From Phoronis australis (Eukaryota > Animalia > Phoronida), in the NCBI GenBank assembly GCA_002633005.1, contig NMRA01000223.1, positions 105,512 to 162,708 on the forward strand: a DNA stretch of 57,197 bases. Reading direction: 5' to 3'. Numbering within the stretch: position 1 is the stretch's first letter; each line of letters opens with the position of its first letter. Below, one piece after another: positions 1-11,820 of this stretch. Position numbers and translations under genes: made by a program. The notes beneath the pieces were generated by a model. The model ran no database searches and was not told the origin of the DNA. It was given only the letters and a program-made list of their open reading frames with translations.

Positions 1-544
1 CGTGAAGTTTGCTTCTGTACGGCAAGGGTTAATCATATGAAAATAAAAACCCCGGAGTGAGAGCTCTTCGCGGTGTAACAACTCAATCACTATCCCATCA
101 TCATGGGCACGTGATAGGAGTACCGTGGAGAATTTTAAAAACGCAAAAAGATGCAGTACTGCGTATCACAAACAAAAAACAATTGTGGGCGAAGAGTGTC
201 AAAAATAGCTGCGTTTACAAAATGACTACAGAGTTGTATTGACCAGGAAGCAGCCAATCTAATGCAGCTTGTTAACGTCACGATTGAAATTAAAGGTCAA
301 ATGTAAAGAAAACATTCACGTCTTTTAACCAAAACTTGTAGCACTGTCCATAATTCAATAATATTACCGCTGGCCTTCAACCTTCGAATTATTGGTGTTA
401 CACAACCGATGTAAACTCATGCAACGGAGACAGTGGAACTAGGTTAATTTATTTGACCCGGTGCTAAGACGAATATGCATCGACACGCAAAGTGGTATCA
501 GCCTGACAACCTATTACGCAACTGCTACTGTAGCCTAAAAATAG

Positions 545-748
545 CAGCCGACCAGTTGGTCGGCTGATGGCCGGTCGGCTGAAGGGTCGGCTGAAGGGTC
601 GGCTGGGGAGTCGCCTTATGAGTCGGCACTACGGGCGGCTGCCGGTCGGCTAATTTTTAGCCGACCGGTCGGCAAATTTGCCGACCGGTCGACGGCCGGC
701 CGTCGACCAATTTCCGACCGGTCGGCCAAAAATTCGTGATGTGTGCTG
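545..748. repeat. GC-rich palindromic repeat cluster (GCCGACC/GGTCGGC units), probable MITE remnant
   Basis: More than 10 GGTCGGC/GCCGACC units in both orientations, including the perfect palindromes GCCGACCGGTCGGC and GTCGACGGCCGGCCGTCGAC. Ends GTGATGTGTGCTG next to a TA. Confidence 0.6.
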
Positions 749-804
749 TAGACCGATTAAGACGATGAAAAAGAATAATTAAATCGAGTGGCATTCTCCA
801 TTAA
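749..804. mobile_element. TTAA-terminated end of a DNA transposon (Kolobok-like), same family as 30834-30888
   Basis: TAGACCGATTAAGACG..AAAAGA.TAATTAAATCG.GTGGCATT...TTAA occurs at both places, and the similarity stops exactly at TTAA. Confidence 0.5.
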
Positions 805-1107
805 CGTCTTTTAAGTTAGAGATTGACCAAGTGTACTTGGACGAGTGTAACACAAAAATGGTATAAATATTCAACAAATTACTTGTCGTATCCCAAACTG
901 TACCAAAATATTATGATTAACTTAACACAAGGACGCAATATAAATCAAAATAACGTTTTTTATATTGCATAACAACCCATTTACTCCCAAATTCTTATTT
1001 TGTTGCAATTTTCTTTTATATCATAGGCCTTGACACTTTATCGGAGAGTTTTGATCATTTTAATGAAACAGTTGTTATTTGGGGTCAAATTGGGGTCGTT
1101 TGTAATC

Positions 1108-1123
1108 GTCCCATTAATGGGAC
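1108..1123. promoter_or_regulatory. 16-bp palindrome GTCCCATTAATGGGAC, putative transposase-binding site near the 3' TIR
   Basis: Perfect palindrome; near-identical copies at 3249-3264 and 3601-3616 within the same element. Confidence 0.7.
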
Positions 1124-1386
1124 AGTGAGAAAAATGGGTGCTATATACAACATAAAAGCAAATTTATTATTTTACATAATTCCAGTTCCTTTTATTACTT
1201 TACATGGATTAACACATTGTTTTCATGCATGTAAAATGAACAAGAATTTATCATAACAGCAATTGTGACTAATTTTAAGACAATTAACGCTAACAAACAC
1301 TTTTTGAAATATTGAGTACTGCACAGTTTTATTTCGTAGTCGGCCACAATTACACGTTGTTATGACGGCATTGAGGCTCAGTAATA

Positions 1387-3421
1387 TCACTGGTGGTATG
1401 CAACAAAGTATCTGTCATGTAGCTTCGAATCACACTTGCTGCAGGCTTTTGTGGTTTTCTTTCCATAGACATAACAGCTACGCTGAGTAGGCCGATTGAT
1501 GATATAGTGCTTAGTTTTGTCCATAGGAACTTCATCAAGGACATTCTTAGAAAATGGTGTCGCACTTCTTGGTCTTCCCATCAGCTTAGCTTTTTGCCGT
1601 CCTTTGGCAAGGTACACACGGGCAATGTCTCCCCTGACGTTAAGCACATCCTTGGCTTGTTGTTTGGCAGCTGTTGTGGCGCGGTACAAGTGCCACGCTT
1701 GCTGAACACAAACATCCAGACGGTATGCACAAATGCACCACCACCACTTATTAGACCGTATACTAACTATGTACTTATCCACGTTCTGGTCCATTCTATC
1801 AACCCCTCCCATGCTGTTGTTGTAATGTTTAGTTCCAAATGGCTGGGAGATTTTCACTCTTTCTTCTCGGTCCTGGACCATCGTTGGGCTTGGTGGATGG
1901 GCTCTACTCCATGGATATTTGATGCTATATTTACAATGCTGTTGTCGTTCCAGGGAACTACCATTAGCATGTTTAATTTGTCCAGGGCAAAATCGTAGTA
2001 CCCGCGCGGCTTCGATTGCATGTCTTTTATTGGCAAGAGAGGACAATCGCCAAGATTTGTACGTATTATGCCAGTGCATGCGATGCCCATCTTTGTCAGC
2101 TCGTCAAAGAGAGGGACATAAATAACTTGTCGAAGTTTAGATGGTAGCCGTTGTCTTTTTGGTGATTGGCCAAGAGGTCCAAGACCACACCACCTCCCAT
2201 TCCAAATGCAGCATATTGAGTTGCTTGCCTCCCGTTATTCCCTTGATACGGTTCAAACTGGACAACGTATCCCAGTGGTGTTGTTAGACCCCACATCTTG
2301 AAACCGTATCGTATTGGCTACCCTCTAATGAACTGTTTGGCATCATGCCGGCCATAATACGGTACCATACTCTCGTCAATAGACAGGTTTTGTTGCTTGA
2401 TGAAATTGTTTAAACACCTTTGGTTGATGGCTGATGACAGGGGTGTCACCTTTGTCATCTTGTCTGTCACATCGAGAGAGTCGTTGTCTGCTAAATGGAG
2501 GTACTTCATTATTTCGTCAAAGCGATTTCTTGACATGGTGCTGGCCACGGCCTCTTTTTTCACATCATCGTCCAGTGACCGATACCTACACCGGAGAGAA
2601 ACGGGAGAATAACCAGATACCAACAGGATTCCAAAGAAGCCACGCATCTCATCAGCGGTCACTGGAAATGTATGAAAACATTTGGATGCAGCATGTTTGA
2701 TAGTTTGCACAACTAGTAACTCAATTACATCTTGATCAAAAAAAAAAATCAAATAACCCGGTTGGTGTTTGGGCAGACTTTCACCATCAAAGTAAACTGG
2801 CTACCACGCAGATTTATCTGACTTTGAGATATCTTCTTCGAATTAGGATCTGTCAACTTGCTGTGTTTGTTTCGGCTTACTGCCTACTTTTCGTTTCTTT
2901 GGAGCAGGCACAACAGGTAAATCATCGCCACTGGCATCTTCTTCTACTTCTTCTTCAACTTCCTCAACAACATTCACATGTCTTCGTTCATTTTGTACCA
3001 AAGTCACGGACGCAGTAGAAGTCAATAGGCGAGCCGACAAGTTGTAGACATTCCCACTACCATCTTCATCACCACTGTCCTCATCAGTTACGATCCCTTC
3101 ATCAGGATGATCAATGATAATATCAGTCCTTTGGAAGTGATGATCATCTTCCAACATTGAAATTGCATCATTTACCGTGAAGAGTCTGCAACAATATGAA
3201 AAAATGTCAATGCCGATCGAAGGTCTACAGCACCCATTTGATCCCGTTGTCCCTTTAATGGGACGATTTAAAATAAGTTACATGTAATTAGCACAACATA
3301 CAACCACTGAGTAATATGTTATTCACAATCTACAATGGTTTTAATTCATATTTGCAAAATTGCATAGCAATTGTTCAAGTAATAATAACACAAAATGAAC
3401 TTACCTTTGTCTGTGAGTCAT
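1387..3421 (-). pseudogene. piggyBac transposase pseudogene (DDD core plus degenerate C-terminal Cys-rich domain), two exons, broken by frameshifts and stops
   Basis: Motifs MSRNRFDEIMKYLHLADN, LSIDESMVPYYGRH..KQFIRG, QFEPYQG, LNFDK, GIACTGIIR.N, WNDN, YNNSMGGVDRMDQ and C..C..K.TK.CSKCD..LH are spread over ORFs 2843-3157, 2318-2752, 2096-2296, 1854-2090 and 1387-2079. Exon 1 is 3421-3405 and the intron is 3404-3186. Confidence 0.92.
3249..3264. promoter_or_regulatory. 16-bp palindrome GTCCCTTTAATGGGAC inside the transposase intron
   Basis: One mismatch to the 1108-1123 copy; lies about 64 bp upstream of exon 2. Confidence 0.7.
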
Positions 3422-3600
3422 TTTTGTTCCACATGGATGGCGTAGCAACACAATAACGCATTTGTGATACAATGAAGGGAAGATAAGTGTAATTAGTGAC
3501 ATTTATTGTTTCAGTTACTTGCATTTATGGAAGTCATTATGAATCAGATGCACAACTATGTACATGTATATATTTAGTTTTAAACAGAGTTTTAAAGGGC

Positions 3601-3616
3601 GTCCCAATAATGGGAC
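3601..3616. promoter_or_regulatory. 16-bp palindrome GTCCCAATAATGGGAC just inside the 5' TIR
   Basis: One mismatch to the 1108-1123 copy; abuts the TIR at 3618-3637. Confidence 0.7.
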
Positions 3617-6600
3617 ATTGGGTTGAAATGGGTTGTTGGCGTAAGCTTGTATGCAGGTGCACATGTAGATGTAGCCAAGAGCAACGCTGGGAATGCGAAA
3701 AGACTGATACTCCGTAAAACGTAACATGTTCATAAAATGTATCAGTTGTTACATTATATATCATTGTTATACGTTATGTATTTTACGTTGCTGGATTCTC
3801 CTAAATTGTACCAAGGGGTTACAATTTGTGTGATTGTTGAATAAATATTCGTGAATAAGACAGCAAAAATAGATCACTGTTGTTATATTTACGTATATTT
3901 GTTATACTTTTCGTTCATCATTTAGGGGATCTGGATAGACCCTTTTTGTTTCGGATTTATTTTCTACGTTATGTTATTGTTAAAACTTATGTCGAATGAA
4001 ATGTACCATTGTTACATTTTACAAAAATGACAGCATATTTTTGAGTTTACATCATGTACATGTAAATGGTATTTGCCATACGGAGGAAAACCGTTCACAC
4101 ACTTAACGCGTTCTCTTTCGGATTGTGTGAATGGAATTCTATCAAATGTGCCATGTCGATTTTATTGATGTCTTCCTATGTGCTTCCAATGCCTTTTAAA
4201 GTGAGAAGTTTTATGGTATAGTCCAAAATGTGAAGCGTACAATTTCAACTCCACACCAAAGGAATTTCAAAGACCAGGTAGCGCGCTTTTAATCGCTAAA
4301 GCGTTCTTGCAATCTTTTGTTGACGCTCACAGGTCATAAACCAATGGGGCTATTCGGAAAATTTACATTAACTAGAGGGCGCGTTTACTAGTGGTGATAC
4401 CTAAGCAGTCTCGATTCCCGAGCCCTTTAAATGAATGGTGAAAGGGCTTGCCGCCGTCCCAACTGAGTCTGAGATTGCGTGGAGAGGGTTATTCTATAGG
4501 AGGAAGTAAGCATGGCCTTATACAAAGATAAGGTTTGTGATTATCTTAACGATTATTCCATTTTTAATCTACTGATGCATGTTAACTGAGGTGATCGCCG
4601 ATGTTGACTTGGCGGCAGTCGCCAGTCGGGTTAATCTTTGCCGTGATATGTGTTACGATACTTGACGTAGCACTCGGGAAGTTTTTGTACACCAAAGCAG
4701 TATTCTTGTTTGGAATGATTTGTAACAGGTTCATCAGTGACAGTTACATCAATCAATGCTGATTTTTTATGGCTTCAACTCGATATTGATTGGTGAGTTT
4801 GAATTACAATCCAAGCCCAATGGAAAAGGGTACGTGACAAATATCCATTGGATTATTTGTTTACTAGCTCCCTATGTTTGATATTCCGGAAATCGATAAC
4901 ACGTTGAGATGGAAATCTGTTATGTCTCTTTTCACGTGAAGTTTGAGTTTTAGGTTTAAGAAATGTACCATGCACAGGAGATATGTACATGTATCACTTT
5001 CGCACCGTCCCTGAATGGACAGAAATTAGTTTTAGGCATATGTCTGCAGCTAACCAGCAAGATCTTCCCCTCCAGTGCAGATCTGTAGTCAAAGCCTACT
5101 TTCTATATCGGAGACAACGAACAAAGCTTTTGAGAAAAGAACAGCTATTTGTAGAGAAACTTATATGTAAGTCGTTTTGTTAATTTATTTATTCAGGTCT
5201 TTAGCGGGGAATTGGCAGAGGGGGTTGCAGGTTTGGATACTGGATTTGGAGTTTGGGGGAGGGAGGGCACACGAATAACCAGGTATTGGGCACATATGCG
5301 CGCCCAGCCTAAAATGTAGGGATGCAAGGGTCTCTTGTCTCAAATTTTTGGGTTCGTGGTCCTTATTACTAAAAAAACAAAACAGTAAACTGGGTTTTTT
5401 GAATGGAAATGCATTGTTTATTCACACACGATCCCCCTGAATGCACGCATATATTAGTCAGCAATTCGCACTTGATCTGCCAAGTGCTATCTGGTAGAAT
5501 TTTAGGCGAGCCATGGCCCACTTGCCACTTGGTTGTAAAATTTAGTGCAACTGGATGTATGGAAGTAACATTTAATACTTGTCGGGGGAAAGAGCATGGT
5601 GAGGTAATTCTTAACCTTCATGAAGTTTATTTCGTGAAACTGTTTTGCTATCAATTGTAAACTCCTAAAAATTACATTCTAAATTCTCAGTGACTGAATA
5701 GTCTTAACTCTTGCCTTGATATGTTGCGAGTCGTTTATAAATTCAAATGACTGCCGATTTTGTGAAAATTGAATGTTTGCGATTTGTAACTACTCTTAGA
5801 CAACAGAAATATTAACCATTATTTTTAAATTTCCCAAGTCTTCGTATCTTCTATTACAAGAAAAATAAAAAGTCTAAGAAACGGTTCCCTCAGCCTTAGA
5901 CTAGGAGCATGCTTGACAGACCCAAGAATCTGTAACCGGAGCGCAATATTGCTGAAATTATCAAAAATAAAAAAGGCTTGAAAATGGGTAACAAGGGTTT
6001 CAAGTTGTCTCAAAAACTTGCATATTTTGCAGACAAGTGATGAGTTTAAACATTGTTATGGATACAGATGAAAAATAAAGACACGACAACACACAGTTTT
6101 ATACTATACTTATTATGTACACCCTTGCTTTCTGAAAATAGTAATTGTTTAATTTTGTGTGAAATTGTAGAGCAGTCACCATATCATGTTTTTGAAAAAC
6201 AGGGTTAGCATTTTTGACTCAACCTAAAGTACTTAATTATCCTTATTTCGATATTTTTCCAGGTTCAGTGACAATTTAAGGCCACTCCAAGTCGCAACAT
6301 AGACAAAACTTGTTACTCCTTTCTCTTCCCGCAGCATTTCCACGCACAAGCAGTGTTGCATGGCTCTGAAGAATTGTCAATCACAGCACTAAGTTACCAT
6401 AAGACAATGTGCCAGTGGATTATTTGTGTATGAAGAGGAAATGAATCTGACTGCTACACTAGTCAGCCTCGTTGAGGAGGATCCCCTTTCACAGGCAATG
6501 AGTCATGTGTGGACAATGGCTTAATTCCTGTACCGGAGGTAACATGGGGTACTGAAGCTAAAGAAGGCCTATTGACACTCTGGTCTAGTTCAGGGTCAGA

Positions 6601-9600
6601 TTTTGGGCACAAAATGAGTCAAGTGATATGCTGTTGCGTGTACCTTCAAGGATTTAACAGCGGATGCTATTGCGGCTGAATGAGGTTACATCAAGGAAAG
6701 CCACGTGCCGAAACTGGACATTTTTACAAGCGTTTCTATAGGACATTTAAACTAGATCCCAGTGAAATGGAAACCAAAAGCATCTGGTATAAATACATGT
6801 CCTTTCTCACTGAGTGACATTGACTTTTCCTTTCGGAGGAAAGGTTTTCTACAAATGGTAAAAACATTTCAATTTGGTACATATTATGGGGGAAATGACA
6901 TCGAATGTCTTATTGTCAGTAGCAAGCCCGTTAATATTACACTTTGACTATCAAATAGATTTTTCCTCAACAGGCAAGTCTGTCACTAATTATTGAAACC
7001 ACAATATTTCTTAAGTTTTAAAGCCTATTCAGTGCAGTTCAGCTTATTCTTTGTAAAGCTGAAATGGTTACCGGATACGCTTGCGAATTGTCATTTTCCG
7101 GTTGACCTACATAAATGTGCAGCGATCAAAATGGGTCATTCTATTTGTTTGGATTAGGTTTGTTTGTGTGTGTAATTAATTTTAGAGCTTTCTTAATAAG
7201 ACCTTTGAACAATTTTAAGTTTTGTGTTAAATTTTATATGAAAGAAAGTTCCACATGCAAGAAAAGTATGTTTTCAATTGTAGCTAGCTGGATAAGAATC
7301 TGCTATGAGCAAGATTCGAGAATAAACAATTATCAGTGTATTTAAAAACAAAATGACAAACTGAACAACCACATACAAACAAAGAAACAACGTTGTTAAA
7401 AACAATTGTAATTTTCCCATTGCAACAGATTCCATAATCAGGCATATTTAAACGCTGAATTTGTGAATTAGGTTGAATTCTCTAAGGTTATTGCAGAAGG
7501 ATTGATTTTCACTTTGTTCAAAGGTAAAGGTAAAACATACGGTGAGGTTGCTGGTTTCAGTCGTTTTCTCACACTTGTAACAGAATAGTAAGATAAATAT
7601 TAACAAATTATAAAAGAAAACAGAAGACAAAACTTTTTTTGTAAGGTAGAACATAATTGACGTTTCATCTTCATGTTTATATGTAGAAACTAATAATCTT
7701 TGTTCCCAAGTCTTTCTCAAAGTCTGAATATGAAACAGGCTGAAAGTGATTTAACTATGTGTATTTTTTATGACACCTAAAATGCGCTTCTGATCTCAAG
7801 TAAAATTCATTCAAGGTGTCAGTTTTCATTCCAGTGCAATGTTATGATTTTTACTGAGAGCTTATTCACATTAATTTGATAACTTATCTGGCAGTCCTGG
7901 GAGTGGGGTCTGCTATGAAATAAGGAAACTCACACATCTTAAGAGAGTTTTATTGGACATAGCGTAGTTTTGAAGAGAAACTGCTGTGGAAAGGCCCCCT
8001 TTGACTTCTGAGCATCACGTACAGTACTTGTACCACACACCTCTTATATTGAGGGCACTCCCACCCAAGACATTTTGTGAATTATGTGCTAACCTGCCCG
8101 GCATCCGAGTTCCGGGTGAGTTTCCGGAGAGAAACACTAAATTCCACTCAATACACCCGTTATTCAGTGGAGGTAACAGGTGGCGATAACATCACCGAAC
8201 GATGTCGATAGAAACTGAGTGCTAAAAACTTACGAAGTAACGTTAAACAGTCTCCCAGTGGAAATGTATAGACCACACACGGGGCTTCGGCATGCACATA
8301 CTTTTTGTCAGTTGATTGACCTTTTTGACAGCAATTCTCCACGAATGTGGTAACTTTCGTTTTTGGGGGGGATGTCTTACCACCTGTCGAAGACATGCAC
8401 CAGGGAAAAAAGCAATAATAAGCCTTAGCGCGACGACAAAAAATTTAGAAAATTCCAGTGTTTTTATTATCTGTTTACATGCAGACAGCGACGCATGCGG
8501 AATTCATTCACCACTAATACAGCAGCGACACCGCGAGGAGAATTCTCCGAATGGCCCCATTGTTTATCCTGCATAACAGAAAACGCAATTCCTTTGGTAA
8601 GCACAACAATGACGTCGAAATTGGCAAATATTTTTCACATTTCTTCTGGAGCAAACGAGAATAACAAACCAAGCAAAATTCAATTTTGGAAGCCATTTTA
8701 ATAGAAAAAAACACCGGTTTTAGTCAATGATAGATCGGTTTATGTCGGTCATTGTTTCATTGCCTTGGAGTAATTGCCTTTCTCTACACAAAAGGAGAAA
8801 AACCGAAGTTGGTTATGAGAACGGGTTCTTTCTACCACCTCAGTTACAAATGACAACTTCTTAAGGACATTGCGATGGAAGGAAATAACAACACGCATTT
8901 ATTTGTCAGCATGTTGCCAGATTTTGTAAAAGCAACAGCAAAATAAAGCCTATGAGAAATGCGAGCCACTGGTTTAAAAAGTTGCGGCATAGTGACATGT
9001 TTTATACAGCTTAAAAGGTTAAAGATACATGTACCTCAATGTTTCTATGATATCAAACCTGTCTGAAATAGTGGTTTGAACAACAGAGCAAAAGGTGACG
9101 TGTTTAAGCAAAAATGGGATGACTAGCGATTGAAATAGAAAATAGTTTGGACTCTTAAAGGACGTAATCATTTTGCTCTGACCTGGTCTAGGTCGATCGT
9201 GTAATTGATATTTCTGCTATTCTGCATGTGAAAGATTAGATCACGGTGCTCTGGTTGATGAAAATCTCTACAAATCATCCGCGAGTACATCTATGTGTTG
9301 TATGAAAGCAAACAGTATGGATATCCTTAATGCGAGAATATTCAGACATCCACAGGCATATCTGGGCTTGACTGCTCGGGGACTTTATCGAATGGTAAGC
9401 GTAGGAAAATTACTCCACAACACCAAATGTACCGGCATACGATTGTCCCTCAATTTTCCTTATCTCATTTCACATCGTCAATCCCGTAGAGTTTCAATAT
9501 GCCTGATGTATTTTGTCGATGATTAATTTGCTGACTGATTTCTTCACGTTTGGTGATATAAGGGAGACGCAGTTGACTCCATCCCGCCCAATAACCTATT

Positions 9601-11199
9601 GTGCCTTTGTAACATTTTTACACTCCAATAAGAAGCGTCGGTACACAATCAACCGACTTCAACAAATTTAGAAAACTTAATTTCAATCAATTAGACCCAC
9701 GCATCAAAATTATCATTATTCGAGTCCACATTACATGTATGTATTATTGAAGTTCTACTTGATAGCTATTCTAATCAACCATTATGCGAGTACATGTACA
9801 TATTGGAGGCAAAAGAAACCAAAGTGCTTTGGTGTGCTACCCATTCGTTTCTGTCAACTCAAGCTATTTGGTTTTCTTATCAAATATTCATGTGACATGG
9901 TTGAATCCTCTTTCATACATTTGTTAGATTAGGGACATTGGCCGGTCGTGAAATTTTGGTGAGGTACATTGGTTCTAGAGCCCGATGCGGTTTAAAGAGG
10001 GGTAATTGCCTGGACTTTTTATGGTTTAATTCATAGATCTAAGAACAATCTAAACACTGGTTGTTGTTTTTTTTTCGTTTTAAATTTGGTTTCATCTGCG
10101 GTAAATAGGCAGGAAGTAGGACAATTTTCTACATTTCAAAATCACCACAGAAAAGCTAAACGCGTAGGCTTCAAAATCATCTAAGATGTAACTGAAATTG
10201 TAATATATTCTATTGCTAGGAAGTAGGAAGACACCTTAATTCAGTGCTATAGGTGTAGTTTTTCATTGGGAACTCTTGCTCTCAAGGTAAGTTAGTAAAA
10301 TGTGCAAAGCTTGAAAATGATAGCACAGAACATGTTCCCATAGCAACCACAAGGCGGCGCAAAAATAACAATTGATGAGGGTATGAAGATTGGGGCATGA
10401 TCGCCTACCATCATGCAAACAATCGAGTATATCCTTAACGCAGCCTTTATCACTTTTTGCCTGGTCCGTTGGTCGACATGCTCTTAAGAGGTAGTTCAGT
10501 GTGGCTGCTGGTGTTTTGGTTAACTCACCGTTTTCCTTTTTGGACGCAGTTTAAAAGGGGTATTGCCTTCCACAATCTCATTATGATGTCTCCGGGACTC
10601 TCTTTGGGCCGTCCTTATAACTTTTCTAAAGGAATTGGGTATGTTTAAATTTGCACCACTACCGTTCACATTTTGTTTTATCCAAAACGTCTCAGGGTTT
10701 ACCGTCCAGAAATATCGGAAGTAGTTTACTGAAGGACGGGTCCAGATGTCCTGTAAGGAAAAAGTACCCTGTTTAATTTCAACAGTAAAGCAGCCCAAAC
10801 TTCAGATCTGGTTGAACTTCGAACACAGGTTCGCCCCACTCATTGAAAATCAATTAACCCTGGAATCAGCTTCATTGTAAAAAACGAGGTCAATGAGTGC
10901 ATTTTTTCTGTTAATGTTTTTCTCATCATTTAGTGACCTAACTTGAAGTGTTACTGAGCTCGGGTAATTTGTTAACTATATTTTTGAACACCTGGTTCTT
11001 CTGGGGATAAGGCTTATTCAACCAGACGAAGGTGGGTCTGATGGAATTGAGTCTTCTTTATCCAGCTTTTTGATAATCGTGTGCTGTTTTTAACTATTAG
11101 TACTAAACATACAATTTACACTAATAGCAGTTAGGCCAAGAAAGCACCCAAAGGCAAAAAAGCTGGACTTCAAAATTCACTAGTATTTTTACAAATGCA

Positions 11200-11355
11200 T
11201 CTACACATACATGCCTACATGTATACATGTAATAAATAGTTGTATACATGTATGCACTTACATACCTACAAACATACACATGCATATATCCGTACGTGTG
11301 CGTGTGTGTGTTTGTGTGTATTTGTGTGTGTGGAAAACAAACACATACACACGTC
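11200..11355. repeat. degenerate (CA)n/(TG)n/(CATA)n microsatellite
   Basis: Runs of ACATAC, GTGTGT and ACACAC. Confidence 0.7.
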
Positions 11356-11648
11356 ACGTTACAGATGAATGTAAATATACGTATGCTCCAACAATTTCAA
11401 CAAGATTACCATTATTCAATAAAATGAATTTACATAAGATTTCGTATACTGTATCGCTTGTAACTTGTGTAATACTTTACTGCTGCACATGGTGGTTACA
11501 TGTGGCACTACTGAAAGTTCTAAGTACGTTTCTGTTATTTTTTTCAAAATCTTCAATCTAATTACAAGTTGAATTTCCCATAGTCTTTGGCTTGAAGTAC
11601 AAACTTGCGAAATGTTAATATTCATGTGCTTCATATTTTCATTTGCAG

Positions 11649-11820
11649 AACTTGGCGGGTTTAAGAGACGGAAAGAATTGCTCTTGCTATTCCCGTGAAG
11701 AATTCCATTTTATTGTCAATTTTCGTAGAGATTTTGAATGTGATTACAAATGTGGACCACGTAAAAGCCAACCGTGCGGCGGGTACAGGACGACATACCT
11801 TATGACGCCAATTTATCCTG
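11649..11820 (+). CDS. host gene exon encoding the C-terminal half of a WSC domain
   Basis: Acceptor ttttcatttgcAG, donor G|GTACGG. Encodes NLAGLRDGKNCSCY...FECDYKCGPRKSQPCGG, matching the WSC pattern AGL..G..CxC...C...C.....CGG. Phase 0-1. Confidence 0.75.

Larger units (their letters stand above)
971..3637 (-). mobile_element. piggyBac-superfamily DNA transposon (PGBD2/PGBD3-like), full length, decayed
   Basis: Terminal inverted repeats AACAACCCATTTACTCCCAA (971-990) and TTGGGTTGAAATGGGTTGTT (3618-3637) enclose transposase fragments. No intact TTAA target duplication. Confidence 0.9.

Noticed and set aside
1507-1998. 163-aa plus-strand ORF
   Set aside because: Antisense shadow of the piggyBac transposase.
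8160-8396. Possible THAP-like peptide
   Set aside because: Only a vague CC...FP resemblance; the conserved W and C..HF are missing.
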